Part shown: piece by piece, positions 12,281 through 24,410 of the stretch
Position numbering within the stretch: position 1 is the first letter of the stretch
Layout of the letters: each line of letters opens with the position of its first letter
NCBI RefSeq assembly: GCF_006345805.1
Contig: NC_043024.1
Span: forward strand, 6,448,001-6,512,000
DNA from: Octopus sinensis
Lineage: Eukaryota
Direction of reading: 5' to 3'
Length of the DNA stretch: 64,000 nucleotides
Position numbers and translations under genes: made by a program
The notes under the pieces: model-generated
Told to the model about the DNA's origin: nothing
What the model saw: the letters and a program-made list of their open reading frames with translations, nothing else
Databases searched by the model: none

Positions 12281-12658
12281 CAACAACTTGAAATCACCAG
12301 CTTCTTCATTAAGGAACCACCAGATGCATTTGGCAGCAAGAAATTTACCAGCAAGAGGGTACAACGTGCATTACAGCGCAGCCAACAGGTGATAGCAGTT
12401 TGTGATGACAAACCTACGACTTCACTCAATGAACAGCGAATGAAGAAGGCTAAAGAAGTGGTCGAACAGATGAGAAAAGTGGGTTCGCTACCCCCACGTC
12501 ACCCTTCGTTAGCAGCTAAAAGAAAAGGGCAGGGCAGCAAGACCAAAGCAGCTTCCAGCAGAGGGAGCCAACCGCTTTCGGCCAAAGTTGCCCGTTCAAC
12601 TGCGCCAGTGGATTATAAACTTTCTGAAAGTAGTAGCAGTGATTCGGATGTCAATTGA
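12281..12658 (+). CDS. ERCC5: XPG terminal coding exon (QQLEITSFF...SKRVQRAL...KLSESSSSDSDVN*)
   Basis: AG 12279-12280, open frame to TGA at 12656-12658. Has a PIP-box-like QxxIxSFF motif and a basic C-terminal tail, as in XPG. Confidence 0.9.
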   Translation, partial: QQLEITSFFIKEPPDAFGSKKFTSKRVQRALQRSQQVIAVCDDKPTTSLNEQRMKKAKEVVEQMRKVGSLPPRHPSLAAKRKGQGSKTKAASSRGSQPLSAKVARSTAPVDYKLSESSSSDSDVN

Positions 12659-13073
12659 GACTGACAGAAATTTTGTTGATATCTTCGTTTGGTTTCATGG
12701 CCTTTTTTTTTTTTTTGGACATTTTATACATGTCAAAGTGAGTCGAGGTGAGCGGGATTTGAACTGAGAACTACAGCCCCATGGGGGTGGGGTGCAGCGA
12801 AATACTATAAGTCTATTTAGTTTGTCTGTGTGTGTGTGTGTGTGTGTGTAGGGTGTTAATCGCCCATACTGCCCACATGTGATAATTCCTCGAAAAGGTG
12901 TGACTGTGTGGTAGGAAGCTTGCTTCCCAACCACAGGATTCTGAGTTCAGTCCCACTGCATGGTGCCTTGAGCGAGTGTCTTCTACTATAGCCTCAGATT
13001 GACCAAAGCCTTGTAAGTGGATTTGGTAGATGGAAACTGAAAGAAACCCACCGTGTGTGTGTGTGTATGTATG

Positions 13074-13110
<37 letters not shown>

Positions 13111-14298
13111 AATATTAGGGAATAAATCCAAACTTACAGGGAAAAATCAGATTTAGGATTGAATCCAATTTTATAGTAAAATATTATATTATATTAAATT
13201 AGAGATAAAACCTCGCCAAGTTAAATATTTAAACCACCAGATGAATGACTGTAACTCGAAAATTTAAAGAAATTAACAGCCATGAAACGATCGTAGTGTT
13301 ATATTAATTATATTTTTTTAATAATTTTGTTATATATTTAAATAATATAAATTAAATAATCTTATGTATGGCTTAAGTTTTTCATTGTATGAGATGCCTA
13401 ATAGTGGTTTTATCTCTAATTTAATATAATATATATATATACATACACACACATACACACGTGTGTGTGTATGTCTATGTGTGCGTGTATCTTTATGTGT
13501 GTTTGTCCCCTACCACCGCTTGACAACTACTGTTGATGTGTTTACATCCCTGTGACTTAGCGGTTCAGTAAAAGTAGATCGATAGAATAAGTACTAGGCT
13601 TTGACATAAAGTCCTGGGGTCGATTTGTTTGAGTAAAACCCTCCAAGGCGGTGCCCCAGCATGGCCACAGTCAAATGACTGAAACAAAAGATAAAAGATA
13701 AAGGAGAGCAAACGATGGGAGATGATGTAACACTGGACCTTCTGCTTGAAATAAGGATCCCTCGCCCCGGCTCAAAGTACAACGCACTCTCCCCTCCCCA
13801 ACCACTTGTCAAAATACGCCTGCTCCCTCTACAGGTCCGCAAACCACCACCAACTTCTCCCTGTCGGGAGGAGACAATAGATGTCTTCTCACTCCACCCA
13901 CCGCTCTCTGATATCCTTGCCCTTGTCAACTTCATTACTCTTATAAAAGAGGAAGACATAGAATAATGTAGTCTCAGATAACCTTGGCATGAAATGCAGT
14001 TGATCATAGGTCCTGGTGAGAAGTTGTTTCATCATTAGCACACATCCAAGGGGTAGAATGCACTTCCTCAGGTGATTATTTAAATAAGCACTTCCACTAT
14101 ATGATGACATCAGATAGCCAATAGCAGCAGATGAGCTTTGTATAGCATTTTACAAGAAAAACCAGCTGTCAGTTGTGAGCAACTACAAACTAGTAACATG
14201 GTTTTGCTAATTGTCTCAGTTACCTGTATAGTCACAAGTAGACGTAGACACCATCTTGGGTTTCTCACCCTCAACTCAGAACCTCCAGCATGTTTCAC

Positions 14299-14342
<44 letters not shown>

Positions 14343-14839
14343 GCACCAGTACCTGGTTGGTACTCATTACTATCTGAGTAGGCTGGAGGTATGTGAAATA
14401 GAGTATCTTGCTTAAGGATACAATGCACTGTCCACTCCACTTCCAGTCCAGTCCAGTCTAGTGCAGGAATTAAAACCATGCCCTTATGTTCTTGGTTCAA
14501 ACACCCTTACCAACCACCAGGCCACATGCCAACACTCAAACTTTAACAATTTTTTATAAGCAGACAATTACAATCTTTTGAATTATATATATATCTATTT
14601 TTTTAATGTTCAAAAGTTTCTTTGTACAGCATTGTTTTTAAAAATATCCTTTTCAACTTATTTCTGCAAAGCTTCTTTCCAAAAGACACCTTTCAAATAC
14701 ATCTAAATACTTCTTTCAAAAAAAAAATTTTCATTAAACTTTTCTTTGCAGATTCCCATCAGACCTTTTCACCCAAAATCCCTGTTGATAAACTTCCATT
14801 AAAATCCTCTCCAAAACCTTTCCATTCCGGTCGCAGTCA

Positions 14840-14966
14840 CTATCTGTTTTCGGTCAAAACAAGATGTCTCTCATCATGGCTACCCATACCATTCAAGTCA
14901 ATTGTTTTAGGTTTTTCTCCCATGACCCCATTTAAAGTCAGCACACAGTGGTGAAACCCCGCTTTT
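14840..14966 (-). CDS. DLEC1: DLEC1/CFAP81-like terminal exon (KAGFHHCVLTLNGVMGEKPKTIDLNGMGSHDERHLVLTENR*)
   Basis: Strong acceptor (ttttttttttcttttcag) and TAG stop at 14840-14842. Matches my recollection of the DLEC1 C-terminus 'VEGVLGEKSCTLRLRGQGSYDERY'; ends an ASH/Ig-like domain. Confidence 0.85.
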
Positions 14967-17169
14967 CTGAAAAGAAAAAAAAAAGCAGAAATATATCAGG
15001 TTAATGGTAAAGAGAACAGCTGAGAGAACGGTGCTAATGTATTTAAAGAATTTTGTTAGAAATCTAATGCAAGTACACACATACGTACATACAAAGAGAG
15101 CAGCAGAGGCAGAGAGAAGGATAAATGTGGATTCGATGGATGGAAACTGAAAGCATCCCATTGTATATATGTGTATGTATATAAATGTGAAACAAGGTGG
15201 GGGGAAAATAGTACTCAAATACCGAAGGTAGAGTAATATGCTTTATTATTATTAAAGCTGCAAAAACAACACAAAAATATCACAAAGTGCTACTCAGAGT
15301 TTCATGTTCTCATTCATCGGACGGTTTAGATTGAGAATTGTCCGATGAATGGGAACATGAAACTAGGGGTAGCAGTTTTTTGCGATATTTTTATGATGTT
15401 TTTGTAGCTTTGATAATAAAGTGTGTGTGTATATATACATATACATATGGGTGAATGAAGGACAAGAGATTTTGTAACATTTGCAACTCTGAACTCTTCC
15501 ATATTCTCTTCTCTAAGAATCCCCTTGTAAACACACTTATAGACCTATCTTACAAATGTAAACACTGGCAGAAACATACCTTTAACTCATATAAGGGATT
15601 TCGCCAGTCTTTATAGTTTGAACAATCAGTTTAACTTGCACTTCACTTCAATAGAGGAATTTTTTCCTAAGCCTTTGAACATTCTTTTAATCAACGTATC
15701 CCTCCCTCTCTATTTGTTCCCTAATTACTATCCCTTTAACCCTTCTCCTCCTCCTAGCTGCCTTTGACATCGAAACTACTAACGGTTCTTTTTAAATACT
15801 TAATAATGTTCTGTTTATCATGTAGGCAGCCATCGTTAATGTTATAATGTCTTGTTGTTGAGATAGGCTCTCTTTCTTTCCTGATGAGAAGATTGCATCT
15901 TACACCGTTTATTCCTTTGGAATAAAACCATGCTGTCTTCGAAACATATGTCGAAAGTAAAAGAATTTTATTAACATCTTCGTTCAACTCCATTTATTTA
16001 TTTATATATACATATATATACACACACACATATATATGTACATATGTATACACACACACACACATATATATATACATACACACATATATATATATACATA
16101 TACACATGCACACATATATATACACATACACATACATATGGCTAATATTTCCTTCAAACTTTTGTTATGATATTTATTCAAACCCCAAAGAACCCGCTCA
16201 GCACATGGCTATGATGCTCCCCCACTACCTTTTGGTCATCATCAGAGAAGCACATATTGTCAGCCTCTAAGGGACATGCTCAAGTGATTAAGGTCAAACA
16301 ACTGAGAAGCAAATCTGTTGTATTGGGCAGAATATTTGCTATAACGATATTTCTGCTTCAGCAACTCAGTATTGAATCTGTCTGAAATGTAATGGAAAAT
16401 AGGTCAGCTTGAAAACATTGATGTCCAGATGACAAAAGCAAAATGTGAAGGGAACAGTAGTGATCTCCTTTGATTTCTAGAAAGATGCAAATAGGACATA
16501 ACACTTCCCGTGCCCGTGGCATGTAAAAAGTACCCACTACACTCTCAGAGTGGTTGGCATTAGGAAGGACATCCAGCTGTAGAAACCTTGCCAGATCCGA
16601 TTGGAGCCCAGTGCAGCCTCCTTACTTGTCAGTCCTCTGTCAAACCATCCAACCCATGTCGACATGGAAAGCGGACGTTAAACAATGATGATGATGATGA
16701 TGATAATGATGACTTACTTTATTATACTGTATTATTGAAATTTTGAAAATGCTAGATAATGTCTGATTAAGTCCAAACGATGTGAATAATTAAGCATTAC
16801 ATTTGACAGAATAATCTGAATGCTAAAGGGTTAAGTATCATACATAAATAGCTGAGGGTTCTTTGAGATGGTATTGGTGTGTTTACACCCTTTTACCATA
16901 AGTAAGAATTTCTCCTCAACTATAAACTGCTATGAAATCGCCATTAAAAGTTGAAATATGTCCCAAACATGTCTGACTCTAAAGTTTATGGATATATATG
17001 TGGGTACAGGCATGGCTGTGTGGTAAGAAGCTTGCTTCCCAACCACATGGTTTTAGGTTCAGTCCCACTGTGTGGCACCTTGGGCAAGTGTCTTCTACTA
17101 TAACCTCAGGCCGACCAAAGCTTCATGAGTGGATTTGGTAGACAAAAACTGAAAGAAGCCTGCCCTGAG

Positions 17170-17440
17170 AGAAATGTTGGACATAAGAAGCATCGGATGT
17201 GGCATGCAAGAGAGACGTTTGCATTGGTATGGTTATGTACTATAGATGGATGAGGAGAGATGTGTGAAGAAGTGCCACCCGCAAACTGTTGAAGGAATCC
17301 GAGGTAGAGGTAGGCCCAGGAAGACATGGGATGAGGTGGTCAAGCATGACCTTCGAACATTGGACCTCACAGAGGCAATGACGAAAGACCGAGACCTTTG
17401 GAGATATGCTGTGACTGCGAAGACCCGACAAATGAATTGA
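17170..17440 (+). mobile_element. RTE-clade LINE 3' ORF fragment
   Basis: VEGIRGRGRPRKTWDEVVKHDL...TKDRDLWRYAV is the typical RTE C-terminus. A related fragment lies at ~29290-29460 (minus strand). Confidence 0.75.
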
Positions 17441-18258
17441 GTTCATGGTTCGCAGGATGGCCTGCTGTGCTTATCGTGGATCGTAGGGTGACCTACTGCA
17501 CTTGAGGAGACCTATTGAGTCAAGTACATCAACATCAAAATAAAAATCAAATGGAAATTGTAGTTGTGATACCCATGCTGGTGGCACGTAAAAAGCACCA
17601 TCTGAATGTGACTGATGCCAGCACCGCCTTGACTGACATCCGTGCCAGTGGCACATAAAAAGCACCAACCGATCATGGCCATTTCCAGCCTCCTCTGGCC
17701 CCTGTTGGTATGTTTATGTCCCCGTAACTTAACAATTCAGCAAATGAGACCAATAAAATAAATACTAGGCTTACAAAGAATAAGTCCTGGGGTCGGTTTA
17801 TTTGACTAAAATCCCTTAAGATGGTGCTCCAGCATGGCCACAGTCAAATGACTGAAAAGAGTAAAAGAATAAAAGAACATCTCCAGTGTATACAATTGAG
17901 ATGGAGTTAAATCAAGACAACCATCCATGTATTGCCCTTAATGTATGTACATCATTATGGATGTGTGCTGCATGAAAAACTCGATAAATATTGGAGGGAG
18001 AAAAAAATCCAGCATGTGAAAACATGCTTAATGCATCTTGGCCATTTTGGGCGTTTTTGATGGTACATACTCACAAACAGCCACATGTTTGGAGGAGAAT
18101 TTCTCACCACTAATATAGGGTTAATGTATATATATCCCATTGGTAGGCCAGTTGCTACAGTATTTGTCCCGAGATAACATCTTTCATGGATTTGCTGTGC
18201 TAAAAACAATAAATTTTGAAGTGTTGTGTTTTGATGTTTTCTTCGGCCCAGTACTTAC

Positions 18259-18382
18259 CGTGGTTTGAAGGTCACAGTGACTATTGCCTTGTATTTGTTA
18301 GTATTACAGGTGAAACGTTCCAGCTCGATCCTGGTCGGCTGCACCAGAAATACATTGGAATCACAGCAGGCGCACCGAATCT
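18259..18382 (-). CDS. DLEC1: DLEC1-like exon (IRCACCDSNVFLVQPTRIELERFTCNTNKYKAIVTVTFKP)
   Basis: cag acceptor, gtaagt donor, 124 nt. Phases 1/2 join both neighbours in frame. Confidence 0.85.
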
Positions 18383-19989
18383 CTGCAAGTAGAATGGAAA
18401 TATATTACCAGGCTTCACTTGGGTCCTCAATTCCCAATGGAATTCAAGGGGTCTTGTTGGGCATTTTAAGCCTAACAGAGTCGATCTCTTCTCCAAAATG
18501 TGACTATAGTCAATTTGTTTCAAGAAGAGAGAGAAGAATCCCTGGAAGGTTAAAAGGTAAAATTGACTTTGGTGAGGTTTGAACTGAGAATGTATAGAAC
18601 TGGAAAGCCAGTTCCACCAATCCATAATCCTAGATTGAAACTTTATTAACACCGAAAGAATCAAGGGCAAAAATTGCCCTTGGTGCCCCAGAATGGCCAC
18701 AGTCCAATGACTGAAACAACAATAAAAAAGTAAAGAAAGGAAATCTACCCTCCAGTCTTGCCATGCAGAATATACTGCAAATGACCAGGGGTTGTGGCCA
18801 TGCTGGGGCACGTAACATTTTAATAAGTATGAAAATGGTCAATATTTCCTTCAAGGATTATGTGCTGGTGGCACGTAAAAAGCACGCTTCAAACATTGGG
18901 CCTCAAGGGGGCAATGATAAGTGACCAAAACCTTTGGCGATGTGCCATGCCTCAGAAGACTTGTCAAGCCAAGTGAAATTGTAGTCATGGCTGATGCCAG
19001 TGCCACGTAACTGATATCGATGCTGGTGGCATGAAAAACCACCCACTACACTCCTGGAGGGGTTGGCACTAGGAAGGGCATCCAGCTGTAGAAACCATGC
19101 CAAATTGGTTTCAAACCTTGTGCAGCTCTCCCGTTTACCAGTTTCAGTCCAACCCATGCCAGCATGGAAAACAGACACTAAATGATTACAGATATACTTA
19201 TAAATATATACAACTAATGATTCATTAGTTTTTTTCATCATGTATATGGTTCTGTGGGTTTTTATGTAGATACAAGTCCACCCTTTCTCTAGATAGGTGC
19301 TCAGTCAGTGAGGAAAAGTGGTTAAATCTCCTTCAAATTATAAAATTAATATCTAATGAAAAGCAAAGATACATTGATTAACTTAGTCTTCAGTAAACAA
19401 TATGTTTGAAAGAGGGGATAAAATATGATGGTCATGGTTGGAATATCTTTGATTCTAGGTCAGTTTCATTGAAGACTGGCCTACAAGATGAACAACGATA
19501 AAACTGTGAAACACAATTTTTGTCATTGGGTAGCAACTGTTGTTCCCTAATTGCTTACCCCTAGAAAGTATTTCCTTCAAACATTGCTCTTCTTACATTT
19601 ATTCAAATCCCCAAAGAATCCCTCTCAACACATGGCTATGATGCTCCCCACCTACTCCTCCTTGTGATTTAGAGATTTAGGGACATGCTCAAGTGGTTAA
19701 GGTTAAGCAACTGACAAGCAAATCTGTGGTATTGAACAGAATATTTGCTATAACGATCTTTCTGCTTCAGTAACTCGGTGCTGAATCTGTCTGAAATGTA
19801 ATGGAAAATAGGTCAGTTTCAAAACATTGATGTACAGGTCAGAAAAGAAAAGGCTGAAGGGAATAATTATCATTTCCTTTGATTTTTAGGAAGAAGCAAA
19901 CAGGAAATAACACTCACCAAAAACAAAACAAAAATAAAAATTTTGTTAGAGAATATAATCAAAACAACAAGGAAAGATAATTAAGTTAC

Positions 19990-20143
19990 CTGAAGAAATG
20001 ATAAGGTAACTCCTTGAGAGTGAAACGTTAGTGATTGTGACTTCTTTGGATTTCTGTTGACCAATAAAACATGTCTTGAATGCAATGAAATCAGTGGAGA
20101 CTACCACTTCCGGTAGAGCAATTCTTGCATTTATAGGAACTTT
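19990..20143 (-). CDS. DLEC1: DLEC1-like exon (KVPINARIALPEVVVSTDFIAFKTCFIGQQKSKEVTITNVSLSRSYLIISS)
   Basis: tag acceptor, gtaact donor, 154 nt. Resembles DLEC1 'VVAVPELQLSTSWVDFGTCFVSQQRVREV...SRSY' (ASH-domain start). Confidence 0.9.
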
Positions 20144-20426
20144 CTACAGAAGAAGAAGCAAATAGCAACAGTAATAATGGTTTCAAATTTTGCCACAAGG
20201 CCAGCAATTTTGAGGGAGGGGATGAGTCAGTTACATCGACCCCAATATTCAACCGGTACTTATTTTATCGACCCCGAAAGGATGAAAGGTAAAATCGACC
20301 TTAACGGAATAGGAACGCAGAACACAAAGACAGATGAAATACTGCTAAGCATTTCATGCGGTGTGCTGACGGTTCTGCCAGCTTGATGCCTTAAAATAGC
20401 AACAGTAATAACACACACCAATAATA

Positions 20427-20460
<34 letters not shown>

Positions 20461-21227
20461 GTTTCAAATTTTGCCACAAGGCCAGCAATTTTGAGGGGGA
20501 AGGAGGTAAGTTGATTACATCAACCCCAGTACACAACTGGTACTTACTTTATTGACCCTGAATGAAAGGCAAAGCCAACCTCAGCAGAATTTGAACTCAG
20601 AGCATAAAGAAGGATGAAATGCTCAGCAGTATTTCGTCCAGCAGGCTAAGGATTCTGCCAGCCCCACCACCTTAATAATAATAACCCTTTCTACTATAGG
20701 CACAAGGCCTGAAATTTGGGGAAGGGGGATAGTTGATTATGTCGACCCCCAGTAATCAGCTGGTATTTATTTTATTGAACCCCTAAAAGGATGAAAGATA
20801 AAGTTGACCTCAGGGTAATTTGAACTGAGAATGTGATGACAGAGCATTTCAACCAGCCCCTTAGAGAAAAGGTACAGACCCCTTTTTCCCTCACTCTCAC
20901 TAACCCCCTGACACTACCTATGTGAGTCTTATTTTAACCTCTCAGCATTTAAACAGCCCATACCCAGCCAAAATATTCTACCCATTTTCTATGTTCAAAC
21001 CAACCAGATCCAGCCTCTTACACTTACCCTACAATGTCATTCTAAAAATGAACAATCACATATACGGTAACTGTTATATCCAACTTAACATGCACGTTGC
21101 ATTAGAACATTGAATACTTTTATTTACTTTGAGAGAACCTCTCATTTGGATTCATGGCACATCCACATTAAGTTGGAGATACAGATTGCCTTTTGGTATT
21201 GATACTATTTCTGTTGCTATTATTTTT

Positions 21228-22211
21228 TTAACTCTTTCGTTACCAACCCAGCTGAAACTGCCTCTGGCTTTGTAGTACAAATGTTTTGTTTTCATAAGTT
21301 TTGAATTCAAATCTTCCACCAAACCTTAGTCACAATTTATGTTCCTAACACCAGCTTAATGATAACTAAGTTATTTTACTAAATTCTTTATTATATTTAA
21401 AATTGATTGAAAGAAACACAGAGCATCTCAACAGAAATATGGTAACAAAAGGGTTAAAATATATAATAGAGAAACAATTCTTAACCTTTTGATACCAACC
21501 TGGCTGAAACAGCCTCTGGCTCTGTAGTATAAATGTCTTGTTTTCATAATTTCTGAATTAAAATCTTCCACCAAACCTAGTCACAATTTAGTTCCTAACA
21601 CCAGCTTAATGATAACTAAGTTATTTTACTAAATTCTTTATTATATTTAAAATTGATTGAAAGAAACACAGAGCATCTCAACAGAAATATGGTAACAAAA
21701 GGGTTAAAATATATAATAGAGAAACAATTCTTAACCCTTTTGATACCAACCTGGCTGAAACAGCCTCTGGCTCTGTAGTATAAATGTCTTGTTTTCATAA
21801 TTTCTGAATTAAAATCTTCCACCAAACCTTAGTCACAATTTATGTTCCTAACACCAGCTTAATGATAACTAAGTTATTTTACTAAATTCTTTATTATATT
21901 TAAAATTGATTGAAAGAAACACAGAGCATCTCAACAGAAATATGGTAACAAAAGGGTTAAAATATATAATAGAGAAACAATTCTTAACCCTTTTGATACC
22001 AACCTGGCTGAAACAGCCTCTGGCTCTGTAGTATAAATGTCTTGTTTTCATAATTTCTGAATTAAAATCTTCCACCAAACCTTAGTCACAATTTATGTTC
22101 CTAACACCAGCTTATGATAACTAAGTTATTTTACTAAATTCTTTATTATATTTAAAATTGATTGAAAGAAACACAGAGCATCTCACAGAAATACAGTAAC
22201 AAAAGGGTTAA
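21228..22211. mobile_element. four tandem copies of a ~230-bp TTAA-flanked MITE (piggyBac-like), period 250-253 bp
   Basis: TIRs ttaaCCCTTT(c/t)G(t/a)TACC / GGTAACAAAAGGGttaa. Copies start at 21228, 21481, 21731 and 21984, separated by an identical 23-nt spacer. Confidence 0.85.
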
Positions 22212-24373
22212 ACATTCACATTTTTGAAATGTTGAAGCTATGAGAAGATGCATGATTAACTTAAAACAATGTGAATAGATAAGCATTGAGCACAAACTGT
22301 AAACTGATTGGCATTAAGAACGGCACCCGGCTGTAGAAACCAAACCAAATCAGACTGGAAACTGGTACAGTTCTCCTGCTTGCCAGCTCTGGTCAAACTG
22401 TCCAACCCATGCCAGCATGGAAAATGGATGTTAAATGACGATGATGGTGGCAATGATACATTTGACAGAGTAATCTGAGTGCTAAAAGCTTAAGCAAGTT
22501 AATCCATCCTTGTCCATATGTAGGTTTAAAATCAAATAAATTAGGCCACCAATTATGGCCTTACATGTGACTCGTTAAAATATTCTAGCTTTTACAGATG
22601 GTCTACATCTATGGCAGTTCTTATTTCATGTATGTTTATCCATCCTTCTCTCGCAACAATAAAAAGTGAAGAAGCAAATATGTTATGAACAAAGAATTAC
22701 AAAGAATATCTATTTGTTGCTTCCGATTGGAAATTCAAAAAGTCTTGTGCTGTTCCTGGGCTATGTTTATATTACAATGACAACTGCTGAGGAAGAAACG
22801 TTGAACATCTTTGTACATCTCATATTTTAAAGTTTGGAAATGTTGTTGGAATTACTTATATGTGATGACATGGAAACCTACTCCAAAATGTACAAACACA
22901 GTAAGAAAACAATCGTCATCATCATTTAACGTCCACTTTCCATGCTGGCATGGGTTGGACGGTTTGATTGAGGACTGGCAAGCCGGGAGGCTGCATCAGG
23001 CTCCAATCTGATTTGGCAAGGTTTCTTATTTCTTTACTACCCACAAGGGGCTAAACACAGAGAGGACAAACAAGGACAGACAAATGGATTAAGTCGATTA
23101 TATCGACCCCAGTGCATAATTGGTACTTATTTAATCGACCCCGAAAGGATGGAAAGCAACATTGACCTCGGAGGAATTTGAACTCAGAACGTAAAGACAG
23201 ATGAAATACCATTAAGCATTTCGCCCGGTGTGCTAACGTTTCTGCCAGCTTGCCGCCTTCTGCAAGGCAAGGTTTCTACAGCTGGATGCCCTTCCTAATA
23301 CACTCTGAGAGTGTAGTGGTTGCTTTTTACATGCCACTGGAACAAGGGTCAGCCAGGTGGCACTGGCATCGACCACGCTCATATAGTGTTTTTACATGCC
23401 ACCAGCACAGGGGCCAGTCAGGCAGTACTGGCATTGGCCACATTGACAAAAATACAAAATTTATTCAACAAAATGTATCTACATATTTATACATATATAT
23501 ATGACACTAGTGGCAAGAAACTCTCAAGAGAGCTGAACAGCAGAAAGTCTTCAGAAAAAAAAGTGTTTCTTAGAACTAACATTAAGTCAGACCACAAGCA
23601 TGGCTGTGTGGTAAGAGGTTTGCCTCCTGAACACATGCTTCCAGGTTCAGTTCAACTGCGTGGCACCTTGGGCATGTATCTTCTACTATGGTCCCAAGCC
23701 AACCAAAACCTTGTGAGGGCATTTAGTAGATGGAAACTGAAAGAAGCCTGCCGTGTGTGTATATATATATATGTATGTATGTATACATCTATCTATCTAT
23801 ACATATGTATATATTTATATATATAATGAACACTTGCACAGACATATACATACATGCATATATATGTGTATATACACACACACACACACATATATATATA
23901 TATTGGGTCATTCAATATGTGACCGCGTGTGTACCGTTGGTGATTTTTTTCCTTCGTTTTCCCTTCCTTGGATCTTTCCTTTTTCTATGTTTTTGACAAA
24001 GAGTTCCGCTCAAAACATTAAACCCTCCTTCTTTCTTTCCTTTTTTGAGCGTCCAATAACACTATACATGTTCCATGTCCTCGCGTTGTTATGTTTTCTC
24101 TTTGTGTTTTCATGTTTATATATATATAATGAACACATGCACAGGCATATACATACACGGTCCGGCTACTCTGCATTGATAAAGGGCAAATATCCTGAAA
24201 CTAGTCTGCAGATGCCTGACCAGCAAGGGAAAGTGGCTGACCTCCCTTGTTTGAAGGTTATAATGGACACAGGTTCATGTGTCATATAGCTAGCAATCAC
24301 CTCTTGGAGCTAATCAATGGCAGCTTTCATCCTATATTTATGGACTGCCATATTAGCTTGGCGATAACTATTA

Positions 24374-24407
<34 letters not shown>

Positions 24408-24410
<3 letters not shown>

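Noticed and set aside
13715-13966. 83-aa and 137-aa overlapping ORFs between the two genes
   Set aside because: No recognisable domain or splice context; they partly overlap SINE sequence and are probably a decayed repeat fragment.
14222-14300. Minus-strand CAG|GTAACT donor after a (CT)n tract as a further DLEC1 exon
   Set aside because: It lies beyond the DLEC1 stop, has no adjacent AG acceptor and no recognisable peptide.
21228-22211. Repeat-spacer look (CRISPR-like) and two identical 69-aa ORFs
   Set aside because: Spacers are identical rather than unique, repeats are ~230-bp MITEs with TIRs, there are no cas genes and the context is eukaryotic; the ORFs are by-products.
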